DNA of 64,000 nt, from contig OW818679.1 of NCBI GenBank assembly GCA_942493145.1, forward strand, positions 1,103,566 through 1,167,565, written 5' to 3'. This document shows positions 29,588-38,046 of this stretch, piece after piece. The translations under genes were made by a program, and so were the position numbers. The notes under the pieces are model-generated. The model was not told the DNA's origin. It saw nothing but the letters and a program-made list of their open reading frames with translations, and did no database searches. The DNA is from an uncultured Bacillota bacterium. Lineage in GTDB: Bacteria; Bacillota; Clostridia; Acetivibrionales; DTU013. Position 1 is the first letter of the stretch; every line of letters begins with the position of its first letter.

Positions 29588-30763
29588 TCAAGACATAACA
29601 TGCAGTATGCGATTCCGGAATCTCTTGAAATTCCTTACACCAAAAGCATTTCGCTTAATTACCTTGATCTTGTTGTTCACCCCTTCAGTGTAACCATTGG
29701 AGAAAGGGTGTTCAAATGAGTTGAGGATTTCATCGCTCCAGTTCATAAAAGTTCTTGTACATGCTTGAAATTCAGGCAAATTGTAACCAGTGGCCATCAT
29801 GTTCCAAACTCCTAATTGCTTCTTTGCATCATCTCGGCGTTTACACTCCATAAGCTTATGGAATTCATTCTTCATACGGTAGGCCTGCCTTAATCGGTCA
29901 GAGACATTAAGCATGGCTTCAACCTGGGCAACTTCGTCTTCAGTGAGATTTTCTGGCTTTTTCAAAAGCAGCTTCCTACTGCGTTTGAAATACTTCCTTC
30001 GGGCATCATGGAACCTCGACTGTTCATCTTTCCTGACATTTTCAAAAGCCCAGATGACCTGCCGTACGACATGATACCTGTCCGCAATTATCTTTGCATG
30101 TGGGAACAGGCTTTTTGCAAGGCTCCGATAAGGTCCGCTCATATCGATGACGACATACTGGACCTTTTTCCGATCCTTGTACTTAAGAAAATATCCGCTC
30201 AAGTCCTCTGTTCTTCTGTTGGGAAGGATATCCAACACCTTCTTGTGTTCAGGATCTGTAACAATACATTGGAACTTTTCTCCACCGGCATTTCCCCGGA
30301 ATTCATCCAGTGAAAGTACCCTTGGCAAATCCTTGTTTGAATATCCTACATGATCAAAGATTCTAGCTGCTGTAGGTTGAGATATGTTAGAAACGGCTGC
30401 AACACTTTTCATTGAACGAACCTCTTTCAATGAGCTGATTACATGGGCTGCAAGGCGACTTGTCATTCGATGATACCTTGGAAGGAACGATACTTCTTCA
30501 AAAAAACGTTTCCCGCATAAGGGGCAAACATGACGCCGCTTTGTAAGATATATGACTGTGGTATCACCAAATGCCGATATGTCCTTTATCGGCTGCGTCC
30601 TATAGTCGTGAACCTTGCTTGTCCTTTCTCCACACCTGGGACATTTGTGAATTCGCTGATACATACCCACATGAATACACAACTTATTGTCATTCCTTAC
30701 AACGGATTTTAGAAAAACATCTTTCAAACCTAACAATTCTTCCGTATAATTAGTGTAGAGCAT
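29588..30763 (-). CDS. ISL3 family transposase
   Basis: N-terminal zinc ribbon (CPRCG...CPLCG), HTH, then the DDE domain (..SLDEFRGNAGGEKFQCIVTDPEHKKVLDILPNRR.., ..VVIDMSGPYRS.., ..SNGYTEGVNNKIKVIKRNAFG). Confidence 0.95.
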   Translation of the reverse strand: MLYTNYTEELLGLKDVFLKSVVRNDNKLCIHVGMYQRIHKCPRCGERTSKVHDYRTQPIKDISAFGDTTVIYLTKRRHVCPLCGKRFFEEVSFLPRYHRMTSRLAAHVISSLKEVRSMKSVAAVSNISQPTAARIFDHVGYSNKDLPRVLSLDEFRGNAGGEKFQCIVTDPEHKKVLDILPNRRTEDLSGYFLKYKDRKKVQYVVIDMSGPYRSLAKSLFPHAKIIADRYHVVRQVIWAFENVRKDEQSRFHDARRKYFKRSRKLLLKKPENLTEDEVAQVEAMLNVSDRLRQAYRMKNEFHKLMECKRRDDAKKQLGVWNMMATGYNLPEFQACTRTFMNWSDEILNSFEHPFSNGYTEGVNNKIKVIKRNAFGVRNFKRFRNRILHVMS

Positions 30764-30900
30764 AGATTGAATTTCCTTTCAAATGGTGTGTCGCAACTTC
30801 ATTTTACTTGATAATTCAACTCTATGCTCTTTCTTTATGCAAAAAAATGCTGGAGCAGTTAAATTATTAATCTAACCACCCCAACATTTATTATAGAACC

Positions 30901-30908
30901 GTTCAATC
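30901..30908. repeat. Target-site duplication, right copy (GTTCAATC)
   Basis: Matches 29228-29235. Confidence 0.85.
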
Positions 30909-31045
30909 CGGCTTTTTTATTGAAAAGACAGGGTGTATGCAATGCATTTGCGACCGTTGATGGTAATGCAGTGTTATGATAGAATAACATATGATATGGA
31001 AATATCAATAGAAATACCAAATGAAAAGAAAAAGGATGGTGACGA

Positions 31046-31948
31046 GTGAATTTTAAACAGATAAACCTGCTTCAGATCAACTATTTTCTTGAGTTGGCAA
31101 AACACCTGAATTTTACAGAGGCAGCAAAGAGCCTGTATGTTTCACAGCCATCACTGAGCAAGCAGATAGCACTTTTTGAGAAGGAAATCGGAATACAGCT
31201 TTTTTTCAGGACAAAACGTTCCGTCCGCCTTACTCCTGCTGGTACCGTACTTCTCAAAGAATTGAGCGGGATAACCGCACATATTGAAAATGCTATAAAC
31301 AAATCAAAACAACCTAATCTTGGAGAAAACAGCACACTAACCATAGGCTTTCTGGAAGCGATGGATACAGGAACTTTTCTGCCCCGGCTTATTAAAGAGT
31401 TTACAGAGAAGTATCCTGGGGTCGATCTCAGCTTTGAAAGACACTCCTTCAAAGTGCTAAGAGAGAAGCTCATAACCGGGTCGCTGGATGTAATCTTTAC
31501 GATGTCTTTTGAAATTGACGATTCCATGGGGGTTCTTTCAGACATAGTTTATAAAACCAATTCGAGTATTGTCTTGTCATCATCCCATCCCAAGGCTGGA
31601 CTGGAGAAGCTATCCGTCGCTGATCTTGCTGACGAGGATTTCATATTCATATCAAGGGATGAGTCGCCAAGGGGGTTCGATTCCGAAGTGGGTCTATGTA
31701 TGAGGTACGGATTTACACCTAAAATTGTCAAGCAGGTACCAAATATTGAATCCATTCTGCTTTGTGTGGAATCGGGGCTTGGGGTGGCGCTTTTCGACTC
31801 AAGCGTGCGTTTATACAATAAGGACGCATTTAAATTATTTCAGGTTGATGATGATTTTATAGGCATTGCAATGGCATGGAAAAAGGAGAATCTTAATCCT
31901 GCTATCCCTCTTTTCTCAAACAGCATCCTTCAAAAAGTCGAAGAATAA
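31046..31948 (+). CDS. LysR family transcriptional regulator
   Basis: N-terminal wHTH INYFLELAKHLNFTEAAKSLYVSQPSLSKQIALFEKEIGIQLFFRTKRSVRLTPAG followed by a LysR substrate-binding domain. GTG start. Confidence 0.9.
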   Translation: MNFKQINLLQINYFLELAKHLNFTEAAKSLYVSQPSLSKQIALFEKEIGIQLFFRTKRSVRLTPAGTVLLKELSGITAHIENAINKSKQPNLGENSTLTIGFLEAMDTGTFLPRLIKEFTEKYPGVDLSFERHSFKVLREKLITGSLDVIFTMSFEIDDSMGVLSDIVYKTNSSIVLSSSHPKAGLEKLSVADLADEDFIFISRDESPRGFDSEVGLCMRYGFTPKIVKQVPNIESILLCVESGLGVALFDSSVRLYNKDAFKLFQVDDDFIGIAMAWKKENLNPAIPLFSNSILQKVEE

Positions 31949-31982
31949 AAGGGCTGCTCAAAGATATTATCAATGAGCAGCC
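31948..31982 (-). terminator. Terminator of the HydABC-1 operon (the hairpin is shared with the convergent lysR)
   Basis: GGCTGCTCA / TGAGCAGCC 9-bp stem. On the minus strand it is followed by CTTTTATTCTT. Confidence 0.6.
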
Positions 31983-32039
31983 ATCTATCAAGTAACTATA
32001 TTCGCGCCTTCAAGTATCAATATTAGCACAATCAAGTAA

Positions 32040-33761
32040 CTATATTCGCACTTTGTACTTGGTATGAAGAAGCTTGTGCGACTTTTCTCCCAGTGGTTTT
32101 ATAAGGAAATCAGTGTATAGCTGTGTTATAGCGGGGTTTTCGTGGGACTTGCGGATCGGCATGTCGCTGTCCACTTGGTAAAGGGAGGATATACGCTTCT
32201 TCCTTACCTCATTGTTTGTCTGGTAGGGTTGGCCACCTCCACCGATGCAGCCTCCGGGGCAGCACATGACTTCTATGAAGGTTTTATCTGAAGTGCCGGA
32301 TTTGATGCTTTCCATGATCTTTTTAGCATTAGCCAGTCCATGGGCTACTGCCACATTGACCTGGGTACCGGCAAGATCCACCGAAGCTTCCTTAACGCCT
32401 TCCATCCCGCGAATATCTTCGAATTCCAGCTTCTCGAGTGTCTTTCCCGTTACAACCTCGTAAACGGTACGCAATGCGGCCTCCATAACACCTCCGGTTG
32501 CTCCGAATATGGCTGCTGCGCCGGTTGACATTCCCAGAGGGGCGTCAAATTCTTCATCAGGAAGTTCATTGAACTCTATTCCGTCGTGCTTCAGCATTCT
32601 TCCCAGTTCCCTGGTAGTAAGCACAACATCAACATCCCTGTATCCGCTGGAAGTCATCTCTTCACGTGCGGCCTCGAATTTTTTTGCCGTACAAGGCATT
32701 ATGGATACAACAAACACATTTTCAGGAGAGATTCCGCTTGTCTGCGGATAATAGGTCTTAGCCAAAGCCCCGAACATCTGCTGAGGGGATTTGCACGAGG
32801 ATACATGGGGGAGCAATTCGGGGTAGTAGTGTTCTATATACTTTATCCAACCCGGGCTGCAGGAGGTTATCATAGGAAGTACGCCACCGTTCTGTAGCCT
32901 GTGGAGTAACTCATTGCCTTCTTCTATTATTGTAAGATCTGCAGCGAAATCGGTATCGAAAACCTGGTTGAATCCCAAAGCGCGAAGTGCCGAAACAAGC
33001 TTGGCAGTGGATATCTCTCCGGAGGGAAGACCAAACTCTTCTGCTATGGAAACCCTTACTGAGGGCGCAACCTGTACGACCACATGCTTGTCAGGATTCT
33101 CCAGTGCTTCCCAAACAAGGCTGGTGTCATCCTTTTCGTGAATTGCTCCTGTGGGACAGACCAGTGCACATTGCCCACAAAGTACACATGCCACTTCTGA
33201 AAGCTTTTTACCATATTCGGGGGTCACACAGATATCCGTACTCCTGTTGTGGGAGTATAATATACCGACCTCCTGGGTATGATGGCAGGCTTCTGCACAG
33301 CGGCCGCACTTGATGCACTTGTTGGGGTTGCGTACCAGTGATGTTGTAGAGAGATCAAGAGGCTGGAAATTCTGCTGTTTTTCACCGTGGATGTCCCTTA
33401 CGTCGAATTTGGCTGCTATTCTTCTTAGCTCGCAATCACCGTTACGTATGCAGGTCAGGCATTCCTGGGGATGATCTGCGAAGATCAGTTCCAGTATGGT
33501 CCTGACGGTTTCCTTAACTTTCTGGGAATTTGTCCTTATTTTCATGCCTTCTGTGACGGGCGTGGAGCATGACGCCACAAGGTTTTTCATTCCTTCAACC
33601 TCTACGACACATACACGGCAATTAGCTTTAACCCTCTGGTCGGGGTGGTTGCATAATGTAGGTATATATCTCCCTTGACGTTTGGCAGCCTCAAGGATTG
33701 TTATTCCGGATTCTACGGCAACTTCTCTGCCGTTGAGTGTTATATTTACAGTTTCCATCAT
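32040..33761 (-). CDS. hydA: [FeFe]-hydrogenase catalytic subunit (group A, HydA of trimeric complex 1)
   Basis: N-terminal 2Fe-2S, His-ligated 4Fe-4S (HPQECLTCIRNGDCELR) and two ferredoxin clusters. H-domain motifs ITSCSPGW, MPCTAKKFE, EVMCCPGGCIGGGGQP. ATGA overlap with hydB. Confidence 0.92.
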   Translation of the reverse strand: MMETVNITLNGREVAVESGITILEAAKRQGRYIPTLCNHPDQRVKANCRVCVVEVEGMKNLVASCSTPVTEGMKIRTNSQKVKETVRTILELIFADHPQECLTCIRNGDCELRRIAAKFDVRDIHGEKQQNFQPLDLSTTSLVRNPNKCIKCGRCAEACHHTQEVGILYSHNRSTDICVTPEYGKKLSEVACVLCGQCALVCPTGAIHEKDDTSLVWEALENPDKHVVVQVAPSVRVSIAEEFGLPSGEISTAKLVSALRALGFNQVFDTDFAADLTIIEEGNELLHRLQNGGVLPMITSCSPGWIKYIEHYYPELLPHVSSCKSPQQMFGALAKTYYPQTSGISPENVFVVSIMPCTAKKFEAAREEMTSSGYRDVDVVLTTRELGRMLKHDGIEFNELPDEEFDAPLGMSTGAAAIFGATGGVMEAALRTVYEVVTGKTLEKLEFEDIRGMEGVKEASVDLAGTQVNVAVAHGLANAKKIMESIKSGTSDKTFIEVMCCPGGCIGGGGQPYQTNNEVRKKRISSLYQVDSDMPIRKSHENPAITQLYTDFLIKPLGEKSHKLLHTKYKVRI

Positions 33762-35044
33762 GCAGTTTCCTCCTGAGATATTTCAGTATTGTTTTCCTTA
33801 CAGTAAAGCAGGTATTCATCACGATAGTACGAAAGCGATGAAATCAGGCTGTTACCGGCTGCCTGGCCTAATCCACAGAAGGATGCATTCTGCATCGCCT
33901 TGGTGTATCGTTCAAGATTATTGACGTCAATAACCGAGGCCTCTCCTGATAGCAGCTTGCCAAGTATGACATTGGCCTGTCGTAATCCTTCTCTGCAGGG
34001 CGTACATTTGCCACAGCTTTCATGAAGGAAGAATTTTATCCTGTTATGCACATTTGAAAGGATGGAGCGGGTATCATCCAGTACGAATATGGCGCCGGAA
34101 CCAATTGTAATACCGGCCCGGTTGCATGCGCCATATTCGAGTGGTGTATCAAGCATCTCAGGGGGTACTAAAACGCCGGATGCGCCGCCTATATTAACGG
34201 CTTTTATTTTGCGGCCGTTGGCTATACCGCCACCGTATTTCTCTATGATCTGGTTGAAGGTCATACCGAATGGCACTTCGCACAGACCTCTTTTGACTAC
34301 ATCTCCAGAAAGAGAAATAAGCTTTGTACCATGGCTGTCTGCTGTTCCGATAGAGCGGTACCATTCTGCGCCATTTTGTATAATTTTCGGTATGATAGTG
34401 AGTGTTTCAACGTTGTTTATGAGTGTCGGTTTATCCCAAAGGCCAGACTGGGTGGGATAAGGGGGCTTGACGCGCGGACGTCCCTTTTTGCCCTCAATTG
34501 AGGATATCAACGCAGTCTCTTCGCCGCACAAATAGCTGCCTGCACCTGAGAAAAGTTCAAGTTTAAAGCTGAAATCACTGCCCAGTATGGAATTTCCCAG
34601 CAAGCCGGCACTTTCTGCCGCTTTTATGCTGGCTTTAAGTATCCTTTGTGCTTCAGGATATTCATGTCTTACGTAGATGAACCCTCTTGATGCACCAGCC
34701 AGATAAGCTGCAATGGTAATGCCCTCAATCAGCTGAAAAGGCATGTTCGTCATTATGAACCTGTCTTTGAAGGTGCCCGGTTCACCTTCATCTGCATTGC
34801 AGATTACGAATCTCTGTTCTTCTGAGTTTGAGCGCACCATTTCAATCTTCTTAGCGGTTGGGAAAGCTGCTCCACCCCTGCCGCGAAGTTCTGCATCAGA
34901 TATGATCTTTACAGAATCGACAGCATCAGTTTCAAGAACCTTCTTTAGTGAAGAATAACCACCATGCTGTCTGTAGTGCTCAATACCTCTGTTTTCACAT
35001 TTGGATATGTTAAATACCAGCTTATCATCATGCAGTCTGTTCAT
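33758..35044 (-). CDS. hydB: NuoF-like flavoprotein subunit of hydrogenase 1 (short HydB: core only)
   Basis: GRGGAAFPT, CNADEGEPGTFKDR, GAGSYLCGEETALISSIEG, ESCGKCTPCREG. Lacks the N-terminal 2Fe-2S and C-terminal 2x[4Fe-4S] domains seen in 49635..51431. Start at MNRLHDD, with GGGAGGA 8 nt upstream. Confidence 0.88.
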   Translation of the reverse strand: MNRLHDDKLVFNISKCENRGIEHYRQHGGYSSLKKVLETDAVDSVKIISDAELRGRGGAAFPTAKKIEMVRSNSEEQRFVICNADEGEPGTFKDRFIMTNMPFQLIEGITIAAYLAGASRGFIYVRHEYPEAQRILKASIKAAESAGLLGNSILGSDFSFKLELFSGAGSYLCGEETALISSIEGKKGRPRVKPPYPTQSGLWDKPTLINNVETLTIIPKIIQNGAEWYRSIGTADSHGTKLISLSGDVVKRGLCEVPFGMTFNQIIEKYGGGIANGRKIKAVNIGGASGVLVPPEMLDTPLEYGACNRAGITIGSGAIFVLDDTRSILSNVHNRIKFFLHESCGKCTPCREGLRQANVILGKLLSGEASVIDVNNLERYTKAMQNASFCGLGQAAGNSLISSLSYYRDEYLLYCKENNTEISQEETA

Positions 35045-35513
35045 TACGGTGATCCTCCCTGAGCTCATTTATTATGGAAGATACATCCCCGGCGGTCAGG
35101 TATCCGTGTATTGTATCGTCGACCTTGATTGCGGGGGACATGTAACAGGCGCCGAGGCAATTAACACTTTCCAGTGTAAACAGTCCGTCAGCTGTAGTCT
35201 GTCCGATCGTTATGCCAAGCTCTTCTTCCAAAGCTTTCTGCACTTCGGCCTTACCGGCATTTTCACAAGGAGCATTGACGCATACCCTGATCAGATGTAT
35301 GCCCCTGGGCTCGAGTGATATTTCACTATAGTAGGAGGCTGTTGAATAGACTCTGCTGCGGGAGATGTTCATAACGTATGCAATTGCGTTTATATCTTCT
35401 TCACTCACATACCTCCTGGGATTATTGTCCTGAACATCCAACAGTACCTGCAAAAGTGGAACTTCATTTTTGTCGTATTGTGCAACTATATCCCGTATGG
35501 CTTTGGTTTTCAT
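35028..35513 (-). CDS. hydC: NuoE-like [2Fe-2S] subunit of hydrogenase 1 (HydC)
   Basis: Thioredoxin-like 2Fe-2S pattern C.NAPC....(31)...CLGAC, and first position in the operon. Confidence 0.88.
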   Translation of the reverse strand: MKTKAIRDIVAQYDKNEVPLLQVLLDVQDNNPRRYVSEEDINAIAYVMNISRSRVYSTASYYSEISLEPRGIHLIRVCVNAPCENAGKAEVQKALEEELGITIGQTTADGLFTLESVNCLGACYMSPAIKVDDTIHGYLTAGDVSSIINELREDHRNEQTA

Positions 35514-35904
35514 AAATGACCTCCTAGTTAAAATTGCTTCCAGGAAAATTCCTGGCTATTAATTATTAAATGAAGTATAAATTGCCTTTTATTGCAAGTC
35601 AAGAAAAGTTATTGAAATGACGAACAGTGTTGCAATCATCGCCAATATGCCGTCAAAGATGACGAATATCGTTAATTTGGGCAATTAATTCGTTTGTATA
35701 ATAACAAACTTTGATATAATTATTAACACACTCTGTTTTCAAAATTGCAGGAAGAACAGGCTCAATATTCATATTCTCATTTATAACGATATGGAATAAG
35801 TCTAATACATTATGTATATTTCACCTCTGAACGAATAATTGATACAATATGGTCGTGGACAAATTATTGCAATAAAACAATTATATTAGCATGGAGTTGA
35901 TTAT

Positions 35905-38019
35905 TTGAAAAAGATCAATCTGATAATAGACGACCAGAATGTTGAAACAATTGAGGGCAAATCATTGCTGGAGGCGGCGCTGGAGGCTGGTATCTATGTA
36001 CCCCACATATGCTCCCATGATGATCTTAATCCATCCGGCGCATGCCGGTTATGCGTCGTTGAGGTCGAAGGCAGAGAAGGAATCTCTGCCTCCTGTATGA
36101 CACAAGCAGAGACTGGCATGAATGTAAGGACCCGCACGCCACGTCTCAAAAAAATGCGCAGGCTGGCATTGGAATTGATGCTGACATCACATCCTTCAGA
36201 ATGCACCTCCTGCCCCAAATACCTTCAATGCGAGCTTCAGAACATGTTCCAGTATCTTGAGGTCACCGACGCCAGAATAAGGAAGCGCGCAGATCCTACA
36301 CCCCGGAATACTTCAAATCCACTGGTCCTGCACGACATGGGCCGCTGCATCCTGTGTGGAAGGTGTGTTCGTGCCTGTAACGAGCTTAGAGGGGTAGGAG
36401 CTATCACATTTGTAAAGAAGAACGGCATTGCGAAGGTAGGCGTAAAGGGAGGGACAACCCTTGCCGAGGCCGGATGCAAGTTCTGCGGGGCTTGTATTGA
36501 GGTATGCCCGACAGGTTCCATACTGGACCAGGAAGGCCTCATAAAGCCAGGTACATCACGGAAAGCAGCACTTGTGCCCTGCCGTGAAACGTGCCCGGCA
36601 GGAATTGATATACCACGTTATATCAGGTTCATACGTGAAGGCGATTATCCGGCCGCGGCGGCTGTTGTGAGGGAAAAGGCGCCATTACCGTCCATACTTG
36701 GACATATATGCAACCATCTTTGCGAACTTGAATGCCGCAGGGGTCAGATAAATGAAGCGGTTTCGATAAAACAGCTTAAGCGTTTTGCTGCAGCTCAGGA
36801 TGACGGCAGTTGGAAAAAGAACCTTGTGGAGCCTGCAAAAACAGGAAAAAGAGCGGCTGTAATCGGATCGGGTCCTGCCGGGCTTACGGCTGCATATTAT
36901 ATGGCACGGCTGGGACATGATGTGAATGTATTTGAAGAACAAGCCCACGCTGGTGGGATGATGAGGTATGGTATTCCTAAATACAGGCTCCCATGGGACG
37001 TACTTGACAAGGAAATCGGAGAGATAGTTGAAGCCGGTGTAGATATTAAGACGGGAATTAAGATAGCATCTGCCGGACTACTGCTCAATCAAGGTTACGA
37101 CGTCGTACTGGCAGCACCTGGTACACATCAGGGAGTGAAGCTGCCTTTGCCGGGCTCCGATCTGGAGGGTGTCCTTATAAATACAGATTTTCTTAGAAAG
37201 GCAAGCCAGGGAGAAAAGGTGGAAGTAGGAGACAGAGTTGTGGTGCTAGGCGGGGGCAGTGTCGCCTTCGACTGTGCAGGAACAGCCCGCCGTCTCGGAG
37301 CACGTGAAGTACATGTAGCATGCCTTGAAGCAAGGGAAGACATGAAGGCAAGTGCCGAAGAAATCCTTGAAGCCCTTGAAGAGGGGATTGTGGTACACCC
37401 GTCTCTCTCGTTTATTGAGATAAAAGGTGATAACGGCAAGGTTGCAGGAGTGCTCTGCAGCAAGGTCTGTACCTTCCATTTTGATGAAAGCGGCCGAGCC
37501 GTAGTGGAATGTGAAGATGATTCAGAGCATTTGCTTCCTGCTGATACAGTGATCTTTGCAGTTGGTCAGCGTCCTGACATTGATGCGGATTTTGGTCTTC
37601 CTCTGGCAAGAGGGAACAGGATAGAGGCATCCAGAGAAGATCTTTCCACTACGGTCACAGGTATTTTTGCAGCAGGAGATGCTGTCACTGGAACGTTATC
37701 CGTCATTGAAGCCATAGCAGCCGGAAGGAAAGCTGCTGTATCAATGGATAAATATCTCGGAGGCACGGGTGAGATTGACGAAAAGCTGGCACCGGTCACA
37801 GAACCTGAAAAATGGTTGGGCAGGGATGAAGGCTTTGCAGGGTCCGAGAGACGCAAAAGCACCTGCATTCCAGTTGATACAAGGATCGCCGGATTCGAGC
37901 GGGTAAATGATGGGTTCGACTGTGCAAATGCTGCCGGTGAAGCTGGACGGTGTCTGCAATGTGACCTCAGACTGGGGATAAAACGTCAGAAATTCTGGAG
38001 CGAGTATGCCAGCCGGTGA
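35905..38019 (+). CDS. Fusion of a NuoG/HydA-N-terminal Fe-S module with a GltD/NfnB-like NAD(P)H:FAD oxidoreductase
   Basis: 2Fe-2S (CSHDD..C..C), HPSECTSCPKYLQCELQ, CILCGRCVRAC, CKFCGACIEVCP. Then the GltD-type region CRETCPAGIDIPRYI..., AVIGSGPAGLTAAYY, VVVLGGGSVAFDCA, IFAAGDAV. TTG start 8 nt after GGAG. Confidence 0.85.
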   Translation: MKKINLIIDDQNVETIEGKSLLEAALEAGIYVPHICSHDDLNPSGACRLCVVEVEGREGISASCMTQAETGMNVRTRTPRLKKMRRLALELMLTSHPSECTSCPKYLQCELQNMFQYLEVTDARIRKRADPTPRNTSNPLVLHDMGRCILCGRCVRACNELRGVGAITFVKKNGIAKVGVKGGTTLAEAGCKFCGACIEVCPTGSILDQEGLIKPGTSRKAALVPCRETCPAGIDIPRYIRFIREGDYPAAAAVVREKAPLPSILGHICNHLCELECRRGQINEAVSIKQLKRFAAAQDDGSWKKNLVEPAKTGKRAAVIGSGPAGLTAAYYMARLGHDVNVFEEQAHAGGMMRYGIPKYRLPWDVLDKEIGEIVEAGVDIKTGIKIASAGLLLNQGYDVVLAAPGTHQGVKLPLPGSDLEGVLINTDFLRKASQGEKVEVGDRVVVLGGGSVAFDCAGTARRLGAREVHVACLEAREDMKASAEEILEALEEGIVVHPSLSFIEIKGDNGKVAGVLCSKVCTFHFDESGRAVVECEDDSEHLLPADTVIFAVGQRPDIDADFGLPLARGNRIEASREDLSTTVTGIFAAGDAVTGTLSVIEAIAAGRKAAVSMDKYLGGTGEIDEKLAPVTEPEKWLGRDEGFAGSERRKSTCIPVDTRIAGFERVNDGFDCANAAGEAGRCLQCDLRLGIKRQKFWSEYASR

Positions 38020-38046
38020 GTGGAAGAAACTGAAAGGAGTCTGTGA

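Larger units (their letters stand above)
29236..30900 (-). mobile_element. ISL3-family insertion sequence (1665 bp)
   Basis: Imperfect terminal inverted repeats GGCTCTACGTCAATAGTTGGGGTGG (29236->) and GGTTCTATAATAAATGTTGGGGTGG (<-30900). 8-bp direct repeats. Single ISL3/DDE_Tnp_ISL3-type transposase gene. Confidence 0.9.

Noticed and set aside
32040-33761. H-cluster motif reads TSCSPGW in both HydA paralogues rather than the textbook TSCCPxW
   Set aside because: Both catalytic paralogues share it, and I believe I have seen this variant in other trimeric group A enzymes. Without an alignment I cannot say it is unusual, so it is noted only as a literal observation.
35514-35904. Rex or LysR operator in the divergent hydC-1 / reductase intergenic region
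   Set aside because: Only weak A+T-rich palindromes were found (TTGTATAATAACAA, ATTGCAATAAAACAAT). None matches a known consensus well enough to call.
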